64,000 nucleotides of DNA from an uncultured Cytophagales bacterium (GTDB lineage: Bacteria; Bacteroidota; Bacteroidia; Cytophagales; Spirosomataceae): the NCBI GenBank assembly GCA_964562455.1, contig CAZLTN010000010.1, forward strand, positions 7,464 to 71,463. The letters are read 5' to 3'. Position 1 is the first letter of the stretch, and each line of letters starts with the position of its first letter. The position numbers and the translations under genes were made by a program. This document shows positions 21,234 to 28,719 of the stretch, piece by piece. The notes under the pieces were generated by a model, which did no database searches, was not told the DNA's origin, and was given only the letters and a program-made list of their open reading frames with translations.

Positions 21234-21306
21234 CTTCGGCTCCGCTCAGCTACCGGCTGCCTTCGGCACCGCTCAGCTACCGACCGGTGCCTGAGCGTAG
21301 TCGAAG
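21234..21306. repeat. REP-like cluster (two direct copies plus one inverted copy)
   Basis: CTTCGGCWCCGCTCAGCTACCG at 21234-21255 and 21261-21282; inverted CTGAGCGTAGTCGAAG at 21291-21306. Confidence 0.8.
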
Positions 21307-21337
21307 GCCAAATCACAAACCCAAAAAATTAACCAAA

Positions 21338-22498
21338 ATGTCAGATAAAAAACAATTGCGAATTGCCCTTATAGGTACCGGCTTTATGGGCCGTACCCAC
21401 TCTAACGGATACAGGAGAGTACCTAACTTTTTCCCTGAGCTGGCTTATGAACCTGTTTTACAGGTAGTATGCTCACGCAACGAGGAAAAAGTAAAGGCAT
21501 TCGCCCAACAATGGGGTTATGCTTCCTACGAAACCGATTGGCGGAAAGTCCTGGAACGTGACGATGTCGATGCGGTCGATATCTGTACTCCCAACGACAT
21601 GCACTCGGAAATTGCAATCGCTGCGGCTGAAGCCGGTAAAATGGTGCTTTGCGAAAAACCGCTGGCCCGGACCGTAGACGAAGGCCAGAAAATGGTGGAA
21701 GCGATCGAAAAAGCAGGTGTAAAAAATACCGTTTGGTATAATTATCGTCGTCTGCCTGCTGTGCTTCTGGCTAAGCAGATCATCGACTCGGGGAAGCTGG
21801 GCAAAATATATCACTATCGTGCCAACTTCCTGCAGGACTGGACGATCAATGAAAACCTTACACAGGGAGGCGGCAACTGGCGCATGGATGTAGAAGCAGC
21901 GGGGTCAGGGGTGACCGGCGACCTGCTCGCTCACTGTATCGATACCGCCATGTGGCTGAACGGTGCTATTAAAGACGTATCGGCAGTAACTGAAACATTT
22001 GTAAAGGAACGTGTGCATGAAAAGACGGGCAAGCTCGAAAAAGTAGGAATCGACGATGCCTGTATTTTCCACTGCCATTTTGAAAACGGCTCCCTCGGAC
22101 TGTTCGAGTCCTCAAGGTATGCACGCGGCCACAAAGCGCTTTATACTTTTGAAATCAACGGTCGAAACGCCTCTATCAGATGGGATCTTCACGACCTGAA
22201 CAGGCTGGAGTATTTCGACCACTCGGACGAGGGTATCGTCCGGGGCTGGCGTTCGATTCATGTGACCGACGGTGACCAGCCTTTCATGGGCAAATGGTGG
22301 GTTCCCGGCCTTTCGATCGGCTATGAGCACAGCTTCGTACACCAGGTTGCCGATTTCCTGAAAGCAGTTGAAACTGGCGAAGAATGCCATCCTACTTTCA
22401 GGGACTCCCTGGAAACCCAGAAAGTATGCGAAGCAGTCATCGAATCCGGCGAAGACCGTCAATGGAAGGAAACCGGCGTAGAAGGCTGGCTGAAGTAA
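21338..22498 (+). CDS. Gfo/Idh/MocA family oxidoreductase (cytoplasmic)
   Basis: [31 protein letters not shown]. Start at MSDKK; the longer ORF only translates the REP. Confidence 0.92.
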   Translation: MSDKKQLRIALIGTGFMGRTHSNGYRRVPNFFPELAYEPVLQVVCSRNEEKVKAFAQQWGYASYETDWRKVLERDDVDAVDICTPNDMHSEIAIAAAEAGKMVLCEKPLARTVDEGQKMVEAIEKAGVKNTVWYNYRRLPAVLLAKQIIDSGKLGKIYHYRANFLQDWTINENLTQGGGNWRMDVEAAGSGVTGDLLAHCIDTAMWLNGAIKDVSAVTETFVKERVHEKTGKLEKVGIDDACIFHCHFENGSLGLFESSRYARGHKALYTFEINGRNASIRWDLHDLNRLEYFDHSDEGIVRGWRSIHVTDGDQPFMGKWWVPGLSIGYEHSFVHQVADFLKAVETGEECHPTFRDSLETQKVCEAVIESGEDRQWKETGVEGWLK

Positions 22499-22542
22499 TC
22501 TCTCCCGATTGATGAGAATTTCCGGCAAATGCTGCTAATATT

Positions 22543-22587
22543 GAGGGTATCCATTGAATTACTTCTTTGGATACCCTCCTTCTTTTT
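22543..22587 (+). terminator. Hairpin (terminator/attenuator) between the catabolic genes and the ABC genes
   Basis: 11-bp stem GAGGGTATCCA (22543-22553) / TGGATACCCTC (22568-22578), followed by CTTCTTTTT. Confidence 0.6.
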
Positions 22588-22606
22588 AAATCCCTGACGT
22601 TTTTCC

Positions 22607-24121
22607 ATGTCGTTCATGGAGCAAAAATTATCACCAGATTGTATTTTACAGGTCCGCGGCCTTAGAAAAACCTACAGTGGAATAAAAGCCCTGGATGGTA
22701 TCTTTTTTGAATTGCGAAGAGGTGAGGTGCATGCGCTCATGGGCGAAAACGGAGCCGGGAAATCGACCTTCATGAAGATCCTTGCCGGACTGGAAAAGCC
22801 CGATTCCGGCGATATTTTACTGGAAGGCACTCCATACAAACCCAGGGGAACCTACGACGCGCTCCAAAAGGGTATTTCTATGATTCACCAGGAGCTGCTG
22901 GCCGTACCCGAATTGTCTGTAGCAGAAAACCTCTTCCTCGGCAAAGAGATAACCCGTTTCTGGAAAAAGTGGATTGACAACCGCGCCATCAACAAAATGG
23001 CGGCAGAGCGGCTGGAAAGGCTGGGCATTCCCATTTCTCCGGAAGCAAAAATGAAATCACTGAGCGTCGCAGAGATGCAGATGGTGGAGATAGCCAAAGC
23101 CCTCTCAAACGACGCGCGGATACTGATCATGGATGAGCCGACTTCGGCCCTATCCGACAGGGAAGCCGAAAGACTTTTCGGCCTTATTGAAGATCTGAAA
23201 AGCAGGGGTGTAGGAATTATCTATATTTCCCATAAAATGGATGAGATCTTCAGGATTTCAGACACTGTTACAGTTTTCAGGGATGGCCGGTTTATCGACA
23301 CCCGTCCGGCTGCGGAACTGGACCAGCAGGGGCTTATCTCGCTGATGGTCGGAAGAAAGCTTTCCGGGATTTTTCCTGAGAATATCTCCGAAAAAGGAGC
23401 TCCTATCTATACGGTACAGCATCTCTCACGGCATAACAGCTTTCACGATATATCCTTCGAGCTTCACGCCGGAGAAATTCTCGGTATTTCCGGGCTGGTT
23501 GGAGCCGGGCGCACCGAACTGGCCCGTGTGCTCTATGGTCTTGACTGTGCAGACGAGGGTCAGGCCCTTCTCCATGGCGAGCCTATGCTGCCCGACTCGC
23601 CCCGGACCGCCATAAAGAAGGGGGTTGCATATGTCAGCGAAGACAGGAAATCGGTAGGCCTGGTTACCAAAATGTCGGTACTCGGTAACATTTCGCTCGC
23701 CAGTCTTAACAACTATGCTGCTTATGGGTTTATCCGGAAAAAGGACGAACAAAACGCGGCAGGTAAGCTCGCACGGCATCTGCGTATCAAATGCAGCTCG
23801 CTTCATCAGCGCGTCGAAACGTTAAGCGGCGGAAACCAGCAGAAAGTTGCGATCGCCAAAGCCCTGCTCGCCAAACCTAAAGTTATTATCCTCGATGAAC
23901 CTACCAGAGGCATAGACATAGGGGCCAAGGTGGAGGTTTATCATCTTATCCGGCAACTCGCTTCGGAAGGTCTTGGAATCATCCTGATCTCTTCTGAGAT
24001 GCCTGAAATTATAGGTCTTTGTGACAGGGTCATGGTGCTCTCGCAGGGAAAACAGGCTGCGCTACTCAATAAAAGCGAGGCGACCCAGGAAAAAATCATG
24101 TATCATTCTATGCCCCGATAA
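22607..24121 (+). CDS. Monosaccharide (CUT2) ABC transporter ATP-binding protein, RbsA/MglA-like
   Basis: Tandem ABC domains: GENGAGKST, MDEPT, LSGGNQQK, LDEPTRGID. Confidence 0.95.
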   Translation: MSFMEQKLSPDCILQVRGLRKTYSGIKALDGIFFELRRGEVHALMGENGAGKSTFMKILAGLEKPDSGDILLEGTPYKPRGTYDALQKGISMIHQELLAVPELSVAENLFLGKEITRFWKKWIDNRAINKMAAERLERLGIPISPEAKMKSLSVAEMQMVEIAKALSNDARILIMDEPTSALSDREAERLFGLIEDLKSRGVGIIYISHKMDEIFRISDTVTVFRDGRFIDTRPAAELDQQGLISLMVGRKLSGIFPENISEKGAPIYTVQHLSRHNSFHDISFELHAGEILGISGLVGAGRTELARVLYGLDCADEGQALLHGEPMLPDSPRTAIKKGVAYVSEDRKSVGLVTKMSVLGNISLASLNNYAAYGFIRKKDEQNAAGKLARHLRIKCSSLHQRVETLSGGNQQKVAIAKALLAKPKVIILDEPTRGIDIGAKVEVYHLIRQLASEGLGIILISSEMPEIIGLCDRVMVLSQGKQAALLNKSEATQEKIMYHSMPR

Positions 24122-24131
24122 CTCCGCGTTC

Positions 24132-25070
24132 ATGAAAAAAATTTCACTCGATCACATCGGACAATACGGCATTGCCCTCGCATTTGTGCTGATATGTGTA
24201 CTGCTTTCAGTTCTTCATCCCGCTTTTCTGACGCTGTCGAACCTGAGGGTGATCCTCACGCAGGTATCCATCAACGCGTTACTTGCATTTGGGGTCACAT
24301 TCGTCATTATTACCGGCGGTATTGACTTATCGCTCGGGTCGGTGCTTGCCGTAGCAGGTATCGCTGCCGCTATTTTTGCCCATCCCGATTCGTATCCTCT
24401 GATAGTCCCCGTTGCTGCCGGGCTCGGGACCGGGATTATATTCGGAGCTTTCAACGGTCTTATTATTACCAGGAGTAAAGTCCCTCCCTTTATAGTTACA
24501 CTGGGAACTATGACTATTGCCAGGGGGCTTGCGCTTATTTTCAGCAACGGCCGGCCGGTTTCCAATCTTTCGGATGCTTTTAATTTCATCGGCGGAGGGA
24601 CGATCCGCGGAGTTCCCTTTCCTATCGTTATCCTGGTACTTGCTTTCATTGTCTGCGCATTGCTTCTTGGAAGGACCACCTGGGGACGCTATATGTATGC
24701 TGTAGGCGGAAATGAGCTTGCGGCCAGAGCGTCGGGGATTAATGTAAACAAGGTCAAAATGATGGTTTATACGCTCTGCGGCGGCCTTGCGGGAATTGCA
24801 GGCGTGCTACTCACGTCAAGGATTACCACAGGCCAGCCAAACGCAGGAATGGGCTTTGAGCTCGATGCCATCGCAGCGGCCATTATCGGCGGTACCAGTA
24901 CATCAGGCGGCACCGGCAATATGGTAGGAACATTGCTTGGAGCGCTTTTAATAGGAGTGATCAGCAATGGCCTCGATCTGATGAATGTTTCGTCGTATTA
25001 CCAGTTGGTGATCAAAGGACTTATTATAGTCGGAGCGGTGGTACTGGATAGTGTAAGTAAGAACAGGTAA
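24132..25070 (+). CDS. Monosaccharide ABC transporter permease, RbsC-like
   Basis: ITGGIDLS, PPFIVTLG, GGNELAARASG, ELDAIAAAIIGG. Start at MKKIS. Confidence 0.94.
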   Translation: MKKISLDHIGQYGIALAFVLICVLLSVLHPAFLTLSNLRVILTQVSINALLAFGVTFVIITGGIDLSLGSVLAVAGIAAAIFAHPDSYPLIVPVAAGLGTGIIFGAFNGLIITRSKVPPFIVTLGTMTIARGLALIFSNGRPVSNLSDAFNFIGGGTIRGVPFPIVILVLAFIVCALLLGRTTWGRYMYAVGGNELAARASGINVNKVKMMVYTLCGGLAGIAGVLLTSRITTGQPNAGMGFELDAIAAAIIGGTSTSGGTGNMVGTLLGALLIGVISNGLDLMNVSSYYQLVIKGLIIVGAVVLDSVSKNR

Positions 25071-25122
25071 ATATTCCGTTCTTAATTGAATAAGTCGGAG
25101 TTTGTTTTTTAATCCGACAAAA

Positions 25123-25140
25123 GTTGCACTTTAGTGAAAC
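25123..25140. promoter_or_regulatory. Candidate TA autoregulatory operator
   Basis: Imperfect palindrome GTTGCAC-TTTA-GTGAAAC 15 bp upstream of the toxin ATG. Confidence 0.5.
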
Positions 25141-25155
25141 ATATTATACTTTTAC

Positions 25156-25509
25156 ATGACGGCAGAAAAGAAAAGCCAGCGAACAGTCATTTTCTATAAA
25201 GACTATTTTGAAACCTTCTTTGAGAAGCAACGAAATAAAGTTAAAGACAAAATCATCTGGACACTGGAATTGATTGAGGAACTTCCGATAATTCCGGTTA
25301 CCTATTTAAAGCATATTGAAAATACAGAGGGGCTTTACGCAGTTCGCATCCAGCAGGGAAATGATATTTTTAGAATTTTCTGTTTTTTTGATCAGGGAGA
25401 TCTGATTGTAATTACCAGCGGATTTCAAAAAAAGACGCAAAAAATCCCGGCGAGTGAAATAGAAAAGGCGCTTAAAATTAAACGGGAATATTATGAAGGA
25501 GAAAAATAA
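25156..25509 (+). CDS. Type II toxin, RelE/ParE superfamily (HigB/Gp49-like)
   Basis: [35 protein letters not shown]; lies upstream of an HTH gene. Confidence 0.88.
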   Translation: MTAEKKSQRTVIFYKDYFETFFEKQRNKVKDKIIWTLELIEELPIIPVTYLKHIENTEGLYAVRIQQGNDIFRIFCFFDQGDLIVITSGFQKKTQKIPASEIEKALKIKREYYEGEK

Positions 25510-25798
25510 TGACAGGCTTACTCTCGAACAATTTAAAGACGAGCATTACGGCAAACGGGGTACTCCAAAACGGGAGCAACTCGAAAAAGGATATCACGAG
25601 TTCAAAGTAGGCGCTTTGATTCACCAGGCCAGGCTGGAGAAAGGACTAACCCAGGAAGAGCTTGCCGGAAAGATCGGTACTACTAAGTCCTACATTTCAA
25701 AAATCGAAAACAACATCAAAGAAGTCAGGCTTTCAACTCTTCAAAAAATTGTAGAAATAGGTTTAGGTGGTCAATTACAATTAAGTATCAAACTCTAA
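25493..25798 (+). CDS. XRE-family HTH antitoxin (HigA-like)
   Basis: [28 protein letters not shown]; overlaps the toxin by 17 bp. Confidence 0.9.
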   Translation: MKEKNNDRLTLEQFKDEHYGKRGTPKREQLEKGYHEFKVGALIHQARLEKGLTQEELAGKIGTTKSYISKIENNIKEVRLSTLQKIVEIGLGGQLQLSIKL

Positions 25799-25842
25799 AT
25801 TCATTTTCAAATCCTGATAAAACCCCAAAAGGTATCTTCTAT

Positions 25843-26763
25843 ATGATCAGAAAAGCAATATCCTCTTTATCTCTGGCAGTAGTGCTGTGGAGCTGCGGCG
25901 GCGCAGAAACTGCAAACGGGCCTGTTATCGGTGTTTCCATGCTGAGCCTGCAGAATGAGTTCGTGGTCAACGTGGCGGATGAAATTGAAAAAAAGGCCGG
26001 AGAACACGGCGTGAAGCTGATCATGGTTGACGCCGAACGTTCCGCACTTAAGCAGGTTGAACAGGTAGAGAGTTTTATTGCCCAGAAAGTAGACGCCATT
26101 ATACTCAATCCCTGTGAGGTTGAGGCCAGTTCCCCGGCGGTAGAAAAAGCAAAGGCAGCGGGTATCCCTATAATCAACGTTAATTCTGAAACAAACGCCT
26201 CGCCATCCGCATTCGTAGGCTCCGACGATGTAGAGGCCGGCAGGATCGCCATGCGGTATATCGCCGAAAAGCTGAACGGGAACGGCAATGTACTCATCAT
26301 GCACGGCTATATGGGACAGGCCGCACAGATACAAAGGGATAAAGGCGCCAAGGAAATACTGGCCGGTACTCCCGGACTGAGGCTCCTGGCTGAGCAGACT
26401 GGTCAGTGGGACCGTTCAAAAGCCATGTCCCTTACCGAAAACTGGATACAATCGTACGGTAGTCAGATCAGCGCCATCTTTGCCCAAAATGACGAAATGG
26501 GAATGGGAGCGGTAAAAGCCCTCTCTGAAGCCGGGCTGAAAGACAAAGTGATCGTTGTAAGCATTGACGCCATTCCTGATGCACTCCAGGCGGTTAATAA
26601 GGGGAATCTCGATGCAACTGTCTTCCAGAATGCGGTTGAACAAGGTGGACAGTCGCTCGAAACGGCCCTTAAGCTCATTAATAAAGAGCCGGTGGAGAGT
26701 ACGGTTTTAATCCCATTCAAGCTGGTAACGAAGGAAAATGTGACGGAGTACCTGAATAAATAA
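25843..26763 (+). CDS. Sugar ABC transporter substrate-binding lipoprotein (RbsB-like)
   Basis: Lipobox LWSC; KVDAIILNP, FVGSDD, IFAQNDEMGMGA, VSIDA, ATVFQ. Confidence 0.92.
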   Translation: MIRKAISSLSLAVVLWSCGGAETANGPVIGVSMLSLQNEFVVNVADEIEKKAGEHGVKLIMVDAERSALKQVEQVESFIAQKVDAIILNPCEVEASSPAVEKAKAAGIPIINVNSETNASPSAFVGSDDVEAGRIAMRYIAEKLNGNGNVLIMHGYMGQAAQIQRDKGAKEILAGTPGLRLLAEQTGQWDRSKAMSLTENWIQSYGSQISAIFAQNDEMGMGAVKALSEAGLKDKVIVVSIDAIPDALQAVNKGNLDATVFQNAVEQGGQSLETALKLINKEPVESTVLIPFKLVTKENVTEYLNK

Positions 26764-26769
26764 CAGGTC

Positions 26770-27165
26770 CTACTCTCTCCGGCCCCATAAAACTGTAGAC
26801 TCGTCCCCTCTCAGAGCCTGGATCAACTCCGACCTTTGCTGAGACGTGATACTTTGGAAATCAATCGTGCGGCCTCCGCAATCATAAATAGCACATCCCA
26901 TACAAGACGAATAGCCCAGCCAGCTTTCAAAATAAGTACCACCATTATAGTCAACCATACTGATAGTCAGATACCTATCCGCCCCGCCCTTTTTAGCATC
27001 CTGAACAATCTTTTTCAACCAACCGAGGTTGTTAAGGGGATCTTTTACGCCACAAGCAGTAGCTTCTGAATTAAGCCCTAACTGATCGATGATCCGGTCC
27101 TCTTTTTTACAGGAAGAATAAGCCACTAAAAAAGACATCATAAGGAGGTAAAATAACTTTTTCAT
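26770..27165 (-). CDS. Small Cys-containing hypothetical lipoprotein (paralog 1)
   Basis: MKKLF...YSSC lipobox; ACGVKDPLNNLGWLK; SCMGC-x4-C. Confidence 0.75.
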   Translation of the reverse strand: MKKLFYLLMMSFLVAYSSCKKEDRIIDQLGLNSEATACGVKDPLNNLGWLKKIVQDAKKGGADRYLTISMVDYNGGTYFESWLGYSSCMGCAIYDCGGRTIDFQSITSQQRSELIQALRGDESTVLWGRRE

Positions 27166-27188
27166 TTTCGAACAGATTAAAAAAACAA

Positions 27189-27572
27189 TTATTCTCTCGG
27201 TAAACTCCGGGGCCATAAGAAAACAGCGGAAGAACCTGATGATTCCTTTGCTAACTCCCGGTATTCTTCTTCCGTAAAAAGCGCTCCTGGTATTATCTGC
27301 TCTCCGCTGCAATCCAAAATAATACAGTACATACAGGACATGTGCGCCTCATAATAGTGAAAATAAGCATTCCCCTTGTATTCAAACTTTTTGATAGTCA
27401 TCATACCCGCCGTTCCTGCGCTTTTTGCGTCATCGACCTTCTGTTTCAACCAGGGCAGGTTATTGACCGGATCTTTGACCCCGCAGGCCGAGACCCCGGG
27501 GCTATGTGTTTTCGTTTTACATGAATAGAAAACAAGAGGCAACAAAAGGGCAACGAAGTAATACTTTCTCAT
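27189..27572 (-). CDS. Small Cys-containing hypothetical lipoprotein (paralog 2)
   Basis: MRKYY...FYSC lipobox; ACGVKDPVNNLPWLK; SCMYC-x4-C. Confidence 0.8.
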   Translation of the reverse strand: MRKYYFVALLLPLVFYSCKTKTHSPGVSACGVKDPVNNLPWLKQKVDDAKSAGTAGMMTIKKFEYKGNAYFHYYEAHMSCMYCIILDCSGEQIIPGALFTEEEYRELAKESSGSSAVFLWPRSLPRE

Positions 27573-27613
27573 CGGGGGGTGTATTTAAGAGAAAAGACCC
27601 TGTACCGCCGGTC

Positions 27614-27649
27614 AAAGTTGTAAACAAATCAATATTTTTTTACAACTTT
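27614..27649. promoter_or_regulatory. 36-bp imperfect palindrome in the divergent intergenic region
   Basis: AAAGTTGTAAACAAAT-CAAT-ATTTTTTTACAACTTT: 16-bp arms with 1 mismatch. Confidence 0.55.
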
Positions 27650-27720
27650 CCTGACCAACCTGACTATATTTAGACCGGTTTCTGTAAAATTTGTTGTTTC
27701 TACTACCTTTAACCAGCTAA

Positions 27721-28317
27721 ATGACGGAAAAGCAAAACGATGATCTCCAACTGTGGTTACTTCTCAAACAGGGGGATGAAGATGCATTTGCGCTTCTTTT
27801 CGACAAATATCACACTACGCTTTACAACTACGGGATCAAGCTTTCACCAGGAAAACCGTATCTGGTAGAAGATGCCATACAGGATCTTTTTATTGACCTC
27901 TGGCGCCTCAGAGGCGGGCTAACTGAAGAAGTAGAGTCCGTAAGATTTTACCTTTACAGATCGCTCCGGAGAAAAATCCATCTGGCTTTAAAAAAAGAAC
28001 CGTTTTCTGACCTGCCCGAAGCCGGTTTTGAAAAGACACTTCTTACTCAAACCAGTCCTGAATCCCTGTTGATCCACGAAGAAACCATGTGTCTGCAAAA
28101 AGCACGCCTTGAAGAGCTCATTCATCGCCTTCCTGAAAGGCAACTGGAAGCGATTACCCTCAGGTATTTCGAAGATTTCAGTATTACTGAAATAGCACGG
28201 ATTATGGAAGTCAACGAAAAATCGGTGCGAAACTTTCTCTACAAAGCGCTTGTAACTTTACGGTCAAACCGCCATTGGCTGGTTCTTTCTATGCTGATGG
28301 CCGCAGACCTCGCATAA
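27721..28317 (+). CDS. ECF RNA polymerase sigma factor (Bacteroidota expansion type)
   Basis: GDEDAF, EDAIQDLFIDLW, LPERQLEAITLRYFE...EIARIM..SVRN; hydrophobic C-terminal tail. Confidence 0.93.
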   Translation: MTEKQNDDLQLWLLLKQGDEDAFALLFDKYHTTLYNYGIKLSPGKPYLVEDAIQDLFIDLWRLRGGLTEEVESVRFYLYRSLRRKIHLALKKEPFSDLPEAGFEKTLLTQTSPESLLIHEETMCLQKARLEELIHRLPERQLEAITLRYFEDFSITEIARIMEVNEKSVRNFLYKALVTLRSNRHWLVLSMLMAADLA

Positions 28318-28427
28318 TGATTTCCACAAAATAACGCGTACTTTCTTGCAAAAATAAATTGATCCGGGAGGGGTCAAATTCATTATCAGTCGCTCTGCCT
28401 GTTAAAAAATACGTACAACGGCCGAAT

Positions 28428-28694
28428 ATGAAATCCGGCATCTATTCTCTTATTGATCTTATCCGGGATGAAGACTTCATTACCTGGGTAAGACGCCCTG
28501 CGCCCGGGTATTCCGGAAGGTGGGAAAAATATCTCGAAAAATTTCCCGGTCAGGCCTCCACGCTTGAACTCGCCAGAAACTATATAAACCTTATTGCCGA
28601 AGACACCGGCCGCGATATCCCGACAATGAAGCAAAGCAGGAAAATGTGGGAGGAGGTAAAAAACACGATCAAAAGTGAAAATTCAGAAAATTAA
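28428..28694 (+). CDS. Anti-sigma (FecR-type) N-terminal domain only, with no TM or periplasmic part
   Basis: DLIRDEDFITWV...WEKYLEKFP...LELAR...KMWEEV resembles N-termini of Bacteroidota FecR-like proteins; 88 aa; follows the ECF sigma. Confidence 0.65.
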   Translation: MKSGIYSLIDLIRDEDFITWVRRPAPGYSGRWEKYLEKFPGQASTLELARNYINLIAEDTGRDIPTMKQSRKMWEEVKNTIKSENSEN

Positions 28695-28719
28695 ACCCGG
28701 ATCGTTCATATAATTCCAT

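Noticed and set aside
25156..25798. TA module and Fic gene as a defence island or prophage
   Set aside because: They are about 33 kb apart, with no integrase, phage, restriction or other defence genes.
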